Shown: positions 1 to 13,986 of the stretch, piece after piece
How positions within the stretch are numbered: the first letter of the stretch is position 1
Layout of the letters: every line of letters begins with the position of its first letter
NCBI RefSeq assembly: GCF_044647545.1
Contig: NZ_CP172818.1
Strand: one strand, 5' to 3'
Length of the DNA stretch: 64,000 nt
DNA from: Escherichia coli
GTDB lineage: Bacteria > Pseudomonadota > Gammaproteobacteria > Enterobacterales > Enterobacteriaceae
Notes under the pieces: model-generated
Seen by the model: the letters and a program-made list of their open reading frames with translations, nothing else
Database searches by the model: none
What the model was told of the DNA's origin: nothing
Made by a program: the position numbers and the translations under genes

Positions 1-491
1 ATACCACCTGTCGGGCAGAAACGGACCTGGGAGAACGGACCCGCGATCGCCTGCAGGGCTTTCACACCGCCGTTAGCTTCAGCCGGGAAGAATTTGAACT
101 CTTTCAAACCGTAGTCCATACCCAGCATCAGTTCGGAAACAGTGCTGATCCCCGGAATCAGAGGAATAGTCCCTTCGGTAGCAGCTTTCAGCAGCGGCTC
201 GGTCAGACCCGGGCTAATTGCAAACTGTGCACCCGCTTCAGTGACTTCTGCCAGCTGCTGTGGATTCAGCACCGTACCGGCACCCACAATCGCTTCAGGC
301 ACTTCTTTGGCGATAGCACGGATAGCGTCAACTGCGCACTCGGTACGCAGAGTCACTTCCAGAACGCGCACCCCACCAGCAACCAACGCTTTTGCCATCG
401 GCACCGCGTGTTCCAGTTTTTTTACCACGATAACCGGTACAACCGGGCCGGTGGTCAGGATTGATTCTGCACTTGTTTTCCAGTTTTTCAT
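1..491 (-). CDS. eda: KHG/KDPG aldolase (Entner-Doudoroff), 3' end truncated by window start
   Basis: Minus-strand translation starts [20 protein letters not shown] at 491 and runs off the window; sits downstream of edd as in the edd-eda operon. Confidence 0.9.
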
Positions 492-527
492 CAGAGTTTT
501 CTCTCGCCTGATTACAAATTTGTCGTC

Positions 528-2339
528 TTAAAAAGTGATACAGGTTGCGCCCTGTTCGGCACCGGACAGTTTTTCACGCAAGGCGCTGAATAATTCACGT
601 CCTGTTCCCACGCGTGACGCGCTCAGGTCAGGAATGTGCGGTTCGCGAGCAGCCAGTTCCGCTTCGTCTACCAGCAGCGTCAGTTCGCCTGTCTGTCCAT
701 TCACACGAATGATGTCCCCGTCGCGCACTTTTGCCAGCAGCCCGCCATCGTAGGCCTCTGGTGTTACGTGGATAGCTGACGGCACTTTACCTGAAGCGCC
801 GGAGAGTCGTCCATCAGTAACTAACGCAATTTTGAAACACCGGTCCAATAATACACCAAGTGGCGGCATGAGTTTATGTAATTCTGGCATTCCGTTCGCT
901 TTTGGCCCCTGATGACGGACAACAACGACACAATCGCGGTCCAGCAAACCCGCTTCAAAGGCCGGCATAACGTCATGCTGGCTTTCAAAAACAACCGCAG
1001 GCGCTTCAATCACCTGGTTCTCAACCGGCACGGCAGAGGTTTTCATAACCGCACGGCCCAGGTTACCGCTTAACACTTTTGTCCCACCATGATGAGAGAA
1101 AGGTTGTTCGAAGGAAGCGATCACATTGCTGTCGAGTGATTTTTCCGCCCCTTCCCGCCAGTCCAGTTCACCATTATTCAGCCATGGTTCAAGGGTATAA
1201 CGAGACAGACCAAAGCCAGCCACCGTATTGACATCTTCATGCAGCAGGCCTGCTTTGAGCAGTTCACGCACCAGAACCGGTACGCCACCTGCCGCCTGGA
1301 AGTGGTTAATATCAGCCGGACCGTTCGGGTAGAGACGTGCCATCAGCGGTACAACATCAGAAAGGTCAGAGAAGTCATCCCAGTTAATCTGAATACCGGC
1401 CGCGCGTGCCATCGCCACCAGGTGCATGGTGTGGTTAGTGGAACCACCGGTCGCCAGCAGTGCAACGATACCGTTCACCACCACTTTCTCATCTATCATC
1501 TTACCGATCGGCATCCATTCATTACCATTACCGGTCATGCGTGTAACCTGGCGCGCAGCGGCTGCGGTCAAAGCATCGCGCAGCGGAGAATCCGGATGAA
1601 CAAAAGAAGAGCCTGGCAACTGCATCCCCATAAACTCCACCACCATCTGGTTGGTGTTGGCAGTACCGTAGAAAGTACATGTTCCCGGCGCATGATAAGA
1701 CGCGGCTTCTGACTCCAGTAATGCCATGCGGTCCACTTTACCTTCGGCATAAAGCTGGCGAATACGCACTTTTTCTTTATTTGGCAAACCGCTTGCCATC
1801 GGTCCAGACGGCACAAACACCGCAGGCAAATGCCCAAACGACAGGGCTGCCATCGTCAGACCCGGGACAATCTTGTCGCACACACCGAGGAACAGCGCAC
1901 CATCAAACATGTTATGGGACAGCCCCACCGCCGCAGACATCGCAATCACTTCGCGGCTTAACAGCGACAATTCCATTCCATCCTGCCCCTGGGTGACACC
2001 ATCACACATCGCCGGAACACCGCCCGCAACCTGACCAACCGCATTCGCTTCATGCAGAGCTTTACGAATGATTTCCGGATAGTGTTCATAAGGCTGGTGC
2101 GCGGAGAGCATGTCGTTATAGGAGGTGATGATGGCGATATTGTTACGCAACATGCTTTTCAAAGAGGCTTTGTCTTCTGGCTGGCAAGCAGCGAAACCGT
2201 GTGCCAGGTTACCGCATGCCAACTGCGAACGATGAACGGTCGAAGTTTTCGCTTGTTCTATCCGGGCGAGATAAGCAGAGCGAGTCTCGCGCGAACGTTC
2301 AATGATTCGATTTGTTACGCGTAACAATTGTGGGTTCAT
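528..2339 (-). CDS. edd: Phosphogluconate dehydratase, 603 aa
   Basis: ORF 528..2396; the recognised N-terminus [20 protein letters not shown] begins at the ATG at 2337-2339, so the track's first 19 codons are dropped. Confidence 0.95.
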   Translation of the reverse strand: MNPQLLRVTNRIIERSRETRSAYLARIEQAKTSTVHRSQLACGNLAHGFAACQPEDKASLKSMLRNNIAIITSYNDMLSAHQPYEHYPEIIRKALHEANAVGQVAGGVPAMCDGVTQGQDGMELSLLSREVIAMSAAVGLSHNMFDGALFLGVCDKIVPGLTMAALSFGHLPAVFVPSGPMASGLPNKEKVRIRQLYAEGKVDRMALLESEAASYHAPGTCTFYGTANTNQMVVEFMGMQLPGSSFVHPDSPLRDALTAAAARQVTRMTGNGNEWMPIGKMIDEKVVVNGIVALLATGGSTNHTMHLVAMARAAGIQINWDDFSDLSDVVPLMARLYPNGPADINHFQAAGGVPVLVRELLKAGLLHEDVNTVAGFGLSRYTLEPWLNNGELDWREGAEKSLDSNVIASFEQPFSHHGGTKVLSGNLGRAVMKTSAVPVENQVIEAPAVVFESQHDVMPAFEAGLLDRDCVVVVRHQGPKANGMPELHKLMPPLGVLLDRCFKIALVTDGRLSGASGKVPSAIHVTPEAYDGGLLAKVRDGDIIRVNGQTGELTLLVDEAELAAREPHIPDLSASRVGTGRELFSALREKLSGAEQGATCITF

Positions 2340-2461
2340 AAAGGCTCCTGAAGTTGAGTTGTCAGAGCAGGATGATTCACAACGCGTTTCATACATGGAA
2401 ATTATGATTGAAACGCCTGTAACCGGAGCTCATAGGGCAAAAACGTTTCAGTCAGTGTAAT

Positions 2462-2495
2462 AAAAAAAGCCTCGTGGGTGAATCCGCACGAGGCC
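2462..2495 (-). terminator. Rho-independent terminator downstream of zwf
   Basis: GC-rich hairpin gcctcgtg...cacgaggc followed by a T-run on the minus strand, just after the zwf stop. Confidence 0.6.
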
Positions 2496-2573
2496 TGAAA
2501 GTGTAAAAATTGTTCTACAATCTGTGCAAGATCATGTTACCGGTAAAATAACCATAAAGGATGAGCGCAGATA

Positions 2574-4049
2574 TTACTCAAACTCATTCCAGGAACGACC
2601 ATCACGGGTGATCATCGCCACTGAGGCAACAGGTCCCCAGGTTCCGGCCTGATACGGTTTCGGCGCATCATTGTCCATCGCCCACGCCTCAGTAATGGAG
2701 TCTACCCATTTCCAGGCTTCTTCCACTTCATCACGACGTACAAACAGTGCCTGAATACCACGCATGGTTTCCAGCAGCAGACGTTCATAGGCATCTGCCA
2801 GATGCGTTTGATTAAAGGTTTCTGAATAGCTCAGATCCAGCTTGGTGATTTGCAGGTTATGTTTGTGGTCAAGGCCAGGAACTTTATTCAGTACCTGGAT
2901 ATCCACGCCTTCATCAGGTTGCAGACGGATAGTCAGTTTATTCTGCGGCAGATCCTGCCACGACTCTTTAAACAGATTCAGTTCAGGTGTTTTGAAATAG
3001 ACCACGACTTCAGAACATTTGGTCGGCAGACGTTTACCAGTACGCAGGTAGAATGGCACACCGGCCCAGCGCCAGTTATCAATGTCGACGCGGATCGCCA
3101 CGAAGGTTTCTGTATTGCTGCTCTTGTTCGCGCCCTCTTCTTCCAGATAGCCCGGCACTTTTTTGCCCTGAGCGAAGCCCGCAGTATATTGCCCGCGTAC
3201 GGTTTTTTCGCGCACATTGGAGCGGTCGATGCGGCGCAGAGACTTCAGTACTTTCACTTTTTCATCGCGGATGCTGTCTGCGCTCAGGTCAGACGGCGGA
3301 GACATCGCAATCATGCAAAGAATTTGCAGCAGGTGGTTCTGGATCATGTCGCGCATCTGACCGGCTTTATCAAAATAGCCCCAGCGCCCTTCGATCCCCA
3401 CTTCTTCTGCCACGGTAATCTCAACATGATCAATGGTGCGATTGTCCCAGTTATTCACAAACAGGGAGTTAGCAAAACGCAGCGCCAACAGGTTCAGCAC
3501 CGTTTCTTTACCAAGATAGTGGTCGATACGGTAAACCTGGCACTCCTCGAAGTATTCGCCAACCTGATCGTTGATTTCCTGCGAGGTCGCCAGCGACGTC
3601 CCCAGCGGTTTCTCCATGACTACGCGTGCCGGTTTAGCATTCAGTTTTGCCTCACCAAGCCCTTTGCAAATTGCGCCAAAAGTGCTGGGCGGCATGGCAA
3701 AATAGTTAATGGTGATACGATTTTTTTGATCCAGCATCGCGCCGAGACGGCTGAATGCAGCAGTGTCATTGACATCGAGATTACAAAAATCCAGACGTGC
3801 ACTCAGGGTGTCCCATAAACCTTCATCAATGGTTTCTTTCATGAAAGTTTCGAGCGCCTCGCGGACAACTTTGGTATAAGCCGCTTTATCCCAGTCAGCA
3901 CGCCCTACGCCGATAATCCGGGTGTCCGGGTTGAGCTGACCGGCTTTTTCCAGTTGATACAGGGAAGGCAGCAATTTACGACGCGCAAGGTCGCCTTTCG
4001 CGCCGAAAATGACCAGGTCACAGGCCTGGGCTGTTTGCGTTACCGCCAT
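2574..4049 (-). CDS. zwf: Glucose-6-phosphate 1-dehydrogenase, 491 aa
   Basis: ORF product [28 protein letters not shown]... with G6PD motifs; expected length. Confidence 0.96.
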   Translation of the reverse strand: MAVTQTAQACDLVIFGAKGDLARRKLLPSLYQLEKAGQLNPDTRIIGVGRADWDKAAYTKVVREALETFMKETIDEGLWDTLSARLDFCNLDVNDTAAFSRLGAMLDQKNRITINYFAMPPSTFGAICKGLGEAKLNAKPARVVMEKPLGTSLATSQEINDQVGEYFEECQVYRIDHYLGKETVLNLLALRFANSLFVNNWDNRTIDHVEITVAEEVGIEGRWGYFDKAGQMRDMIQNHLLQILCMIAMSPPSDLSADSIRDEKVKVLKSLRRIDRSNVREKTVRGQYTAGFAQGKKVPGYLEEEGANKSSNTETFVAIRVDIDNWRWAGVPFYLRTGKRLPTKCSEVVVYFKTPELNLFKESWQDLPQNKLTIRLQPDEGVDIQVLNKVPGLDHKHNLQITKLDLSYSETFNQTHLADAYERLLLETMRGIQALFVRRDEVEEAWKWVDSITEAWAMDNDAPKPYQAGTWGPVASVAMITRDGRSWNEFE

Positions 4050-4386
4050 GTCATTCTCCTTAAGTTAACTAACCCGGTACTTAAGCCAGGGTATACTTGT
4101 AATTTTCTTACGGTGCACTGTACTGCTTTTACGAGCTTGCGAAAACTGTAAACGCTTATCCACCCGTGCGATTACGGTAAAAGCGCGCAAAGTGCGGCAA
4201 AACTGATAAAAAAATCATCGTTTTCCATTGGGTAAAAATCTGACACTGATCATGTTATGAAAAAAAATAACAACTTTTTTATCTGCTTTTGTCATTAACA
4301 CAGCACACAGGCGTAATATCTGACAAAACTGCATTTCGATTTCTTTCAGTGCGGAAATCGTCATTACCCGTGAGTCTCTTTACATC

Positions 4387-5256
4387 ATGAATATGCTGGA
4401 AAAAATCCAGTCTCAGCTGGAACATTTGAGCAAATCAGAGCGCAAAGTTGCCGAGGTCATTCTGGCTTCGCCCGATAACGCGATCCATTCGAGTATTGCT
4501 GCTCTGGCGCTGGAAGCCAATGTTAGCGAACCGACGGTGAATCGTTTCTGTCGCAGCATGGACACGCGCGGTTTTCCTGATTTTAAACTTCATCTGGCAC
4601 AAAGTCTGGCGAATGGCACTCCCTATGTTAATCGCAACGTCAATGAAGATGACAGCGTTGAATCATACACGGGGAAAATATTTGAGTCCGCAATGGCAAC
4701 GCTCGATCATGTCCGTCATTCATTGGATAAATCTGCCATCAACCGCGCCGTCGACTTGCTCACTCAGGCAAAAAAAATCGCCTTTTTCGGATTAGGCTCT
4801 TCTGCCGCTGTTGCCCACGATGCGATGAATAAGTTCTTTCGTTTTAATGTTCCGGTGGTGTACTCCGATGATATTGTGCTGCAACGCATGAGTTGTATGA
4901 ATTGTAGCGACGGAGACGTGGTGGTGCTGATTTCTCACACGGGAAGAACAAAAAATCTGGTCGAGCTGGCGCAGCTGGCACGCGAAAACGACGCCATGGT
5001 GATTGCCCTCACCTCTGCGGGCACCCCGCTCGCCCGGGAAGCAACGCTGGCAATTACCCTCGACGTACCGGAAGATACTGACATTTATATGCCCATGGTT
5101 TCTCGACTTGCGCAGCTGACCGTGATAGATGTGCTGGCGACAGGATTTACTTTGCGACGCGGTGCAAAATTCAGAGATAACTTGAAGCGGGTCAAGGAAG
5201 CGCTGAAGGAATCGCGTTTTGATAAGCAGTTACTTAATTTAAGTGACGATCGCTAA
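4387..5256 (+). CDS. hexR: RpiR/HexR-family transcriptional regulator with SIS domain, 289 aa
   Basis: HTH plus SIS-domain protein transcribed divergently from zwf; matches YebK/HexR. Confidence 0.9.
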
Positions 5257-5383
5257 AAACGACTGTCACTGTCCTAATCTTATACGACATCCGAATGAGA
5301 TTAATTTATCGCCATCGCGGCGTTATTTCATTCGGATTTCATGTTCAAGCAACACCTGGTTGTTTCAGTCAACGGAGTATTAC

Positions 5384-6826
5384 ATGTCCAGAAGGCTTCG
5401 CAGAACAAAAATCGTTACCACGTTAGGCCCAGCAACAGATCGCGATAATAACCTTGAAAAAGTTATCGCGGCGGGTGCAAACGTTGTACGTATGAACTTT
5501 TCTCACGGCTCGCCTGAAGATCACAAAATGCGCGCGGATAAAGTTCGTGAGATTGCCGCAAAACTGGGGCGTCATGTGGCTATTCTGGGTGACCTCCAGG
5601 GGCCCAAAATTCGTGTATCCACCTTTAAAGAAGGCAAAGTTTTCCTCAATATTGGGGATAAATTCCTGCTCGACGCCAACCTGGGTAAAGGTGAAGGCGA
5701 CAAAGAAAAAGTCGGTATCGACTACAAAGGCCTGCCTGCTGACGTTGTGCCTGGTGACATCCTGCTGCTGGACGATGGTCGCGTTCAGTTAAAAGTACTG
5801 GAAGTTCAGGGCATGAAAGTGTTCACCGAAGTGACCGTTGGTGGTCCCCTCTCCAACAATAAAGGTATCAACAAACTTGGCGGCGGTTTGTCGGCTGAAG
5901 CGCTGACCGAAAAAGACAAAGCAGACATTAAGACTGCGGCGTTAATTGGCGTAGATTACCTGGCTGTCTCCTTCCCACGCTGCGGCGAAGATCTGAACTA
6001 TGCCCGTCGGCTGGCACGCGATGCAGGATGTGATGCGAAAATTGTTGCCAAGGTTGAACGTGCGGAAGCCGTATGCAGCCAGGATGCAATGGATGACATC
6101 ATCCTCGCCTCTGACGTGGTAATGGTTGCACGCGGCGACCTTGGTGTGGAAATTGGCGATCCGGAACTGGTCGGCATTCAGAAAGCGTTGATCCGTCGTG
6201 CGCGTCAGCTTAACCGCGCAGTAATCACGGCGACCCAGATGATGGAGTCAATGATTACTAACCCGATGCCGACGCGTGCAGAAGTCATGGACGTAGCAAA
6301 CGCCGTTCTGGATGGTACTGACGCTGTGATGCTGTCTGCAGAAACTGCTGCTGGTCAGTATCCTTCAGAAACTGTTGCAGCCATGGCGCGCGTTTGCCTG
6401 GGTGCGGAAAAAATCCCGAGCATCAACGTTTCTAAACACCGTCTGGACGTGCAGTTCGACAATGTGGAAGAAGCTATTGCCATGTCAGCAATGTACGCGG
6501 CTAACCACCTGAAAGGCGTTACGGCGATCATCACCATGACCGAATCGGGTCGTACCGCGCTGATGACCTCCCGTATCAGCTCTGGTCTGCCAATTTTCGC
6601 CATGTCACGCCATGAACGTACGCTGAACCTGACTGCTCTCTATCGCGGCGTTACGCCGGTGCACTTCGATAGCGCTAATGACGGCGTAGCAGCTGCCAGC
6701 GAAGCGGTTAATCTGCTGCGCGATAAAGGTTACTTGATGTCTGGTGACCTGGTGATTGTCACCCAGGGCGACGTGATGAGTACCGTGGGTTCTACTAATA
6801 CCACGCGTATTTTAACGGTAGAGTAA
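5384..6826 (+). CDS. pykA: Pyruvate kinase II, 480 aa
   Basis: Recognised N-terminus [19 protein letters not shown] begins at the ATG at 5384; the track's ORF 5243..6826 is over-extended upstream. Confidence 0.95.
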
Positions 6827-6830
6827 GTAC

Positions 6831-6869
6831 GTTGCCGGATGCGGCGAAAACGCCTCATCCGGCCTACAG
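6831..6869. repeat. REP (repetitive extragenic palindromic) element
   Basis: gttgccggatgcggcgaaaacgcctcatccggcctacag matches the canonical REP motif GCCGGATGCGGCG...CCTTATCCGGCCTAC. Confidence 0.8.
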
Positions 6870-6931
6870 TTCAATGATAGTTCAACAGATTTCGAATCTT
6901 CTGAAGCAAACTTGAACTTATCACACGGCGG

Positions 6932-6960
6932 AAGCCTCTCCTCGCGAGAGGCTTTTTTTA
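6932..6960. terminator. Hairpin plus T-run between convergent pykA and lpxM, likely bidirectional terminator
   Basis: aagcctctcctcgcgagaggcttttttta; overlaps the lpxM stop codon. Confidence 0.55.
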
Positions 6961-7929
6961 TTTGATGGGATAAAGATCTTTGCGCTTATACGGTTGGATT
7001 TCGCCCGGTTTGCGAGTTTTCAGCAATTTTAATATCCAGGTGTATTGTTCTGGTCGCGGACCAACAAAAATCTCGACTTCTTCATTCATCCGCCGCGCAA
7101 TCGTATGGTCATCCGCCTCTAACAGATCATCCATCGGTGGGCGCACCTGAATCGTCAGACGATGCGTCTTGCCATCATAAATCGGAAACAGCGGTACAAC
7201 GCGCGCACGACACACTTTCATCAAACGACCAATCGCGGGCAACGTCGCTTTATAGGTGGCAAAGAAATCAACAAATTCGCTGTGCTCTGGGCCATGATCC
7301 TGATCGGGTAAATAATATCCCCAGTAGCCCTGACGTACCGACTGGATGAATGGTTTAATACCATCATTTCTCGCATGCAGACGACCGCCAAAGCGACGAC
7401 GCACCGTGTTCCAGACATAATCAAAAACCGGGTTGCCCTGATTATGGAACATCGCTGCCATTTTCTGCCCTTGCGAGGCCATCAGCATGGCCGGGATATC
7501 GACGGCCCAACCGTGTGGCACCAGAAAAATCACTTTCTCGTTATTACGCCGCATCTCTTCGATGATCTCCAGCCCTTGCCAGTCAACGCGCGGCTGAATT
7601 TTCTCCGGCCCGCGTATTGCCAACTCAGCCATCATTGCCATCGCTTGCGGCGCGGTGGCAAACATCTCATCAACAATCGCTTCGCGTTCAGCTTCACTAC
7701 GTTCTGGAAAGCAGAGCGACAAATTGATTAACGCACGACGGCGTGAGCTTTTTCCCAGTCGTCCGGCAAAACGTCCCAGCCGTGCCAGAATGGGATCACG
7801 GAACTTTGGCGGCGTTAAAGCGATACCCGCCATCGCCGCTACGCCCAGCCATGCTCCCCAGTAGCGCGGGTGGCGAAAGGATTTATCAAACTCAGGAATG
7901 TATTCGCTATTATTTTTTTTCGTTTCCAT
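6958..7929 (-). CDS. lpxM: Lipid A myristoyltransferase (Kdo2-lauroyl-lipid IVA acyltransferase), 323 aa
   Basis: Full-length [32 protein letters not shown]...; LpxM/MsbB family. Confidence 0.93.
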
Positions 7930-8001
7930 GCTTTTCCAGTTTCGGATAAGGCAAAAATCAATCTGGTGATAGTGTAGCGGCGCAACTTGCCCCGCACCAA
8001 A

Positions 8002-8033
8002 TAAAAAAAGCCGGTACTGACTGCGTACCGGCT
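8002..8033 (-). terminator. Rho-independent terminator downstream of mepM
   Basis: Hairpin gccggtac...gtaccggc followed on the minus strand by a T-run. Confidence 0.55.
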
Positions 8034-8048
8034 GCGAATGGATGTTAA

Positions 8049-9371
8049 TTAATCAAACCGTAGCTGCGGCACAATCTCTTTGGCCTGCGCCAGGAATTCG
8101 CGACGATCGGAACCGGTCAGCCCTTCGGTACGCGGCAGTTTTGCCGTCAGCGGGTTTACGGCCTGCTGGTTTATCCATACTTCATAGTGCAGATGCGGCC
8201 CGGTTGAACGTCCGGTATTACCGGAAAGCGCGATGCGGTCGCCACGTTTCACCTTCTGTCCCGGTTTCACCAGAATCTTGCGCAGGTGCATATAACGCGT
8301 GGTGTAGCTGCGACCATGACGAATAGCCACATAATAACCTGCTGCGCCACTGCGTTTGGCAACCACCACTTCACCGTCACCCACTGAAAGCACCGGCGTA
8401 CCCTGTGGCATGGCGAAATCAACACCTCTGTGTGGCGCAACACGACCAGTCACCGGATTAGTACGACGCGGGTTAAAGTTAGACGAGATACGGAACTGTT
8501 TCGCCGTCGGGAATCGCAAGAATCCTTTCGCCAGACCAGTACCGTTACGATCGTAGAATTTGCCATCTTCAGCGCGGATTGCGTAATAATCTTTACCTTC
8601 TGAACGCAAACGTACGCCCAGCAGCTGGCTTTGCTCACGTTTACCATCAAGCATTTCTCGAGACATTAACACCGCAAATTCATCGCCTTTTTTCAGTTTG
8701 CGGAAATCCATTTGCCACTGCATGGCTTTAATCACTGCGCTCACTTCGGCGCTGGTTAAACCGGCGTTTCTGGCGCTGGCAACAAAGCTCCCTCCGACGG
8801 TACCTTTCAGCAGATTGTTAACCCACTCTCCTTGCTGCATTTCGCTGGTCATTTTAAAACCGTTAGCGGCAGTACGGTCATAGGTTCGGGTTTCACGACG
8901 AGACACTTCCCAGGTGAGGCGCTGCAGTTCGCCGTCCGCGGTTAATGTCCAGGAGAGTTGTTGACCGATTTTCAGGTTACGCAATTCTTTGTCGGCAGCA
9001 GCCAGTTGGGTGATATCACCCATATCAATACCATACTGATTGAGAATGCTACTTAGCGTATCGCCAGTGGAAACAACATATTCATGCACGCCCGCTTCAC
9101 CGGCGATTTTGTCATCCAGTTCATCCTGGGGAATGGCTTCATCTTCTTGTGCAGCTTGATCAATCGGCTCACTGGCTTCAGGTAAGAGCGAACGAATTTC
9201 GTTCTGTTCCAGCTCAATGGTTTTGACAATTGGCGTGGCGTCGCGGTGATAAACATAGGGCCGCCAGACAGCGACGGCCAGAGTAAGAACGGTGAGCGAC
9301 CCCAACATAACGCGGTGTGGTCGCGGTAAATTATTAAACGCCAGGGCGACAGAGCGGGCTATCTGTTGCAC
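8049..9371 (-). CDS. mepM: Murein DD-endopeptidase, LysM plus M23 peptidase domains, 440 aa
   Basis: 440-aa ORF with the M23 HxH motif (GPHLHYEV) and a LysM-like segment; matches YebA/MepM. Confidence 0.93.
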
Positions 9372-9386
9372 GTAATCACTTCCTCA

Positions 9387-10319
9387 TTAATCTCCTTTCA
9401 GGCAGCTCGCATACTGGTTGGCTAATTGATTCAGGAATTCTGAATAGCTTGTTTTACCCAGTTTGATATTCGTCCCCAGGGGATCCAACGTTCCCATACG
9501 AACGGATGTCCCTCGTGCGACGCTCTCAACGACCGCTGGCCTGAACTGTGGCTCAGCAAAAACGCAGGTTGCTTTTTGCTCAACCAACTGTGTTCTTATT
9601 TCATGTAAACGCTGCGCGCCAGGTTGAATCTCAGGGTTAACGGTAAAATGACCAAGCGGTGTCAGTCCGAACTGTTTTTCGAAGTAGCCGTAAGCATCGT
9701 GAAAAACGAAATAACCTTTCCCCTTGAGCGGCGCGAGCTCGTTACCAACCTGCGTTTCGGTTGAGGCTAATTGTGCCTCAAAATCCTTCAGGTTGGCGTC
9801 AAGTTTGGCTCGACTTTGCGGCATAAGTTCCACTAATTTTCCATGGATTGCAACCGCTGTAGCCCGCGCTATCTCTGGGGAAAGCCAAAGATGCATGTTG
9901 AAATCGCCGTGATGGTGATCTTCGTCACTTTTTTCCGCGTGATCGTGATCATCATCATCGTCGTGAATACTTTTCATCAGCAGCGGTTTCACATCTTCTA
10001 GCTGCGCAATCGTTACCTGTTTCGCTTCTGGTAATTTACTTACCGGTTTTTGCATGAAAGCTTCCATCTCCGGGCCAACCCAAACGACTAAGTCCGCGTT
10101 CTGTAAGCGTTTTACATCCGATGGACGCAGTGAATAATCATGTTCTGAAGCGCCGTCAGGCAGTAAAACCTGCGTTTCTGTTACCCCATCAGCAATGGCA
10201 GAAGCGATGAACCCAACAGGTTTAAGCGAAGCGACAACGGCGGCATCTGCGGCCTGTGTTGCACCGCCCCAGAGAGCGGCGGATAATGCTGCGAAAAGAA
10301 GCGTTTTTTTATGTAACAT
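9387..10319 (-). CDS. znuA: Periplasmic zinc-binding protein of the ZnuABC transporter, 310 aa
   Basis: Signal-peptide start [23 protein letters not shown] at the ATG at 10317-10319 (track ORF over-extended); His/Asp-rich loop [21 protein letters not shown]. Confidence 0.93.
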   Translation of the reverse strand: MLHKKTLLFAALSAALWGGATQAADAAVVASLKPVGFIASAIADGVTETQVLLPDGASEHDYSLRPSDVKRLQNADLVVWVGPEMEAFMQKPVSKLPEAKQVTIAQLEDVKPLLMKSIHDDDDDHDHAEKSDEDHHHGDFNMHLWLSPEIARATAVAIHGKLVELMPQSRAKLDANLKDFEAQLASTETQVGNELAPLKGKGYFVFHDAYGYFEKQFGLTPLGHFTVNPEIQPGAQRLHEIRTQLVEQKATCVFAEPQFRPAVVESVARGTSVRMGTLDPLGTNIKLGKTSYSEFLNQLANQYASCLKGD

Positions 10320-10350
10320 AATGCGACCAATCATCGTAATGAATATGAGA

Positions 10351-10371
10351 AGTGTGATATTATAACATTTC
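10351..10371. promoter_or_regulatory. Zur operator (zinc-responsive) in the divergent znuA / znuCB promoter region
   Basis: Near-palindromic agtgtgatattataacatttc between the divergent znuA and znuC starts. Confidence 0.6.
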
Positions 10372-10397
10372 ATGACTACTGCAAGACTAAAATTAAC

Positions 10398-11153
10398 ATG
10401 ACAAGTCTGGTTTCCCTGGAAAATGTCTCGGTTTCTTTTGGCCAACGCCGCGTCCTCTCTGATGTGTCGCTGGAACTTAAACCTGGAAAAATTTTGACTT
10501 TACTTGGGCCAAATGGCGCAGGTAAGTCGACACTGGTACGGGTAGTGCTCGGGCTGGTAACACCCGATGAAGGGGTTATCAAGCGCAACGGAAAACTGCG
10601 CATCGGCTATGTACCGCAGAAGCTGTATCTCGACACCACGTTGCCACTGACCGTAAACCGTTTTTTACGCTTACGACCTGGCACACATAAAGAAGATATT
10701 TTGCCTGCACTGAAACGTGTCCAGGCCGGACACCTGATTAACGCACCGATGCAAAAGCTCTCGGGTGGCGAAACGCAGCGTGTACTGTTAGCGCGAGCAT
10801 TGTTAAATCGACCGCAATTATTAGTGCTGGATGAACCCACTCAGGGCGTGGATGTGAATGGTCAGGTGGCGTTATATGACCTTATTGGCCAACTGCGTCG
10901 TGAACTGGATTGTGGCGTTTTAATGGTCTCTCACGATCTGCATCTGGTAATGGCAAAAACCGATGAAGTGCTTTGCCTGAATCACCACATTTGTTGTTCC
11001 GGCACACCGGAAGTTGTTTCCCTGCATCCGGAGTTTATTTCTATGTTTGGTCCTCGTGGTGCTGAACAACTGGGTATCTATCGCCATCATCATAATCATC
11101 GTCACGATTTACAGGGACGAATTGTTTTGCGTCGGGGAAATGATCGCTCATGA
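10398..11153 (+). CDS. znuC: Zinc ABC transporter ATP-binding protein, 251 aa
   Basis: Walker [13 protein letters not shown] signature LSGGETQRV, His-rich C-terminus. Confidence 0.95.
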   Translation: MTSLVSLENVSVSFGQRRVLSDVSLELKPGKILTLLGPNGAGKSTLVRVVLGLVTPDEGVIKRNGKLRIGYVPQKLYLDTTLPLTVNRFLRLRPGTHKEDILPALKRVQAGHLINAPMQKLSGGETQRVLLARALLNRPQLLVLDEPTQGVDVNGQVALYDLIGQLRRELDCGVLMVSHDLHLVMAKTDEVLCLNHHICCSGTPEVVSLHPEFISMFGPRGAEQLGIYRHHHNHRHDLQGRIVLRRGNDRS

Positions 11154-11935
11154 TTGAATTATTATTTCCTGGTTGGTTAGCCGGGATCATGCTCGCCTGT
11201 GCCGCGGGTCCGCTGGGTTCGTTTGTCGTCTGGCGTCGTATGTCTTATTTCGGTGATACGCTGGCTCATGCCTCATTACTTGGCGTCGCGTTTGGTTTGT
11301 TGCTGGACGTGAATCCATTCTATGCGGTGATTGCCGTTACGCTGCTGCTGGCGGGCGGTCTGGTATGGCTGGAGAAGCGTCCACAACTGGCGATCGACAC
11401 GTTATTAGGGATTATGGCGCACAGTGCCCTGTCGCTGGGCCTGGTGGTCGTTAGTCTGATGTCTAATATTCGTGTTGATTTGATGGCTTACCTGTTCGGT
11501 GATTTACTGGCAGTGACGCCAGAAGATCTCATCTCTATTGCGATTGGCGTGGTCATCGTGGTGGCTATTTTGTTCTGGCAATGGCGCAATTTGCTGTCGA
11601 TGACGATTAGCCCGGATCTGGCGTTTGTTGATGGTGTGAAATTACAGCGCGTGAAATTGTTGTTGATGCTGGTGACGGCATTGACGATTGGTGTAGCGAT
11701 GAAATTTGTCGGCGCGTTGATTATTACTTCGTTGCTGATTATTCCTGCTGCTACAGCGCGTCGCTTTGCCCGCACGCCGGAACAGATGGCCGGTGTCGCT
11801 GTTTTGGTGGGAATGGTGGCAGTAACTGGCGGTTTAACCTTTTCCGCATTTTACGATACGCCGGCGGGTCCGTCGGTAGTGCTATGTGCGGCACTGTTAT
11901 TTATTCTCAGTATGATGAAAAAGCAGGCCAGCTAA
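11150..11935 (+). CDS. znuB: Zinc ABC transporter permease, 261 aa
   Basis: Polytopic membrane ORF whose start overlaps the znuC stop by 4 nt. Confidence 0.95.
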   Translation: MIELLFPGWLAGIMLACAAGPLGSFVVWRRMSYFGDTLAHASLLGVAFGLLLDVNPFYAVIAVTLLLAGGLVWLEKRPQLAIDTLLGIMAHSALSLGLVVVSLMSNIRVDLMAYLFGDLLAVTPEDLISIAIGVVIVVAILFWQWRNLLSMTISPDLAFVDGVKLQRVKLLLMLVTALTIGVAMKFVGALIITSLLIIPAATARRFARTPEQMAGVAVLVGMVAVTGGLTFSAFYDTPAGPSVVLCAALLFILSMMKKQAS

Positions 11936-11954
11936 TCTGTCGCTGAACACATTT

Positions 11955-13095
<1,141 letters not shown>

Positions 13096-13100
13096 TTACC

Positions 13101-13712
13101 TCATAACGCGGCGCGTAGGGCTTCGCGAATTAATGTTTCACTGCTGGCGTCAGGGCGAGCGATTTTGCTCACCATGCGGCTTGCTTCTTGTGGTTTATAG
13201 CCCAGCGCCACCAGCGCGGCAACAGCTTCCTGTTCAGCATCGTCGGTCGCCGGGCTGGCAGGTGACGTGAGTACCAGGTCGGCAGCTGGCGTAAAGAGAT
13301 CGCCATGCAAACCTTTAAATCGGTCTTTCATTTCAACAATCAAGCGTTCGGCGGTTTTTTTGCCAATACCCGGCAGTTTCACCAGCGCCCCCACTTCTTC
13401 ACGCTCAACGGCATTAACGAACTGCTGCGCTGACATTCCAGAGAGGATCGCCAGCGCCAACTTCGGGCCGACGCCGTTGGTTTTGATCAACTCTTTGAAC
13501 AACGTGCGCTCTTGTTTATTGTTAAAACCGTACAGCAGTTGCGCGTCTTCACGCACCACAAAGTGGGTGAAAACGATCGCTTCCTGACCCGCTTCAGGGA
13601 GTTCATAAAAACAGGTCATCGGCATATGCACTTCATAGCCTACGCCGCCCACTTCAATTAACACCAGCGGGGGTTGTTTTTCAATGATGATGCCTCTGAG
13701 TCTGCCTATCAC
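13101..13712 (-). CDS. ruvA: Holliday junction DNA-binding protein, 203 aa
   Basis: [28 protein letters not shown]...; immediately upstream of ruvB. Confidence 0.96.
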   Translation of the reverse strand: MIGRLRGIIIEKQPPLVLIEVGGVGYEVHMPMTCFYELPEAGQEAIVFTHFVVREDAQLLYGFNNKQERTLFKELIKTNGVGPKLALAILSGMSAQQFVNAVEREEVGALVKLPGIGKKTAERLIVEMKDRFKGLHGDLFTPAADLVLTSPASPATDDAEQEAVAALVALGYKPQEASRMVSKIARPDASSETLIREALRAAL

Positions 13713-13763
13713 ATGACGCTCCTGCGTAATGAATCAAAGATAATGCTGTATGATAAAAAAATG

Positions 13764-13779
13764 CTGGATAGATATCCAG
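13764..13779. promoter_or_regulatory. LexA (SOS) box upstream of ruvAB
   Basis: CTGGATAGATATCCAG fits the CTG-N10-CAG palindrome, 52 nt upstream of the ruvA start. Confidence 0.7.
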
Positions 13780-13986
13780 CGAAGGATGAAGAAAACTTGC
13801 GAGGCGTCCCGATGTTCTGAAAAATGACGCAGTATAATTTTTTCTACAGGTTATATTGGAAGCAAATATTTAAATATTACATATTCAGTGAAGAAATGCG
13901 TAATAAAAATATACATTGCGCCTCCTGAAAAAATAAATTTTTTATGCTATTACGTATATTCATATCTATTTCAATGGAATGACAAC

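Noticed and set aside
528-2396. N-terminal extensions in the supplied ORF track (edd, pykA, znuA, torZ, flhA, cheZ, tar, araG, araF, otsA, ftnA, sdiA and others)
   Set aside because: The recognisable conserved N-termini begin at internal ATG or GTG codons; the upstream extensions reflect longest-ORF calling, so I trimmed to the internal starts.
2850-3818. Long plus-strand ORF (322 aa) antisense within zwf
   Set aside because: Lies wholly inside the well-supported zwf gene on the opposite strand; its product is low-complexity and unrecognisable. Typical antisense ORF shadow.
4050-4386. Possible HexR or MarA/SoxS operator in the zwf-hexR divergent region
   Set aside because: I could not identify a convincing palindrome by eye, and confirming it needs a position-weight-matrix scan I cannot run.
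9900-9960. His/Asp-rich low-complexity stretch in znuA, and the His-rich tail of znuC near 11080-11110
   Set aside because: These are the expected metal-binding loop of ZnuA and C-terminus of ZnuC, not repeat expansions or frameshifts.
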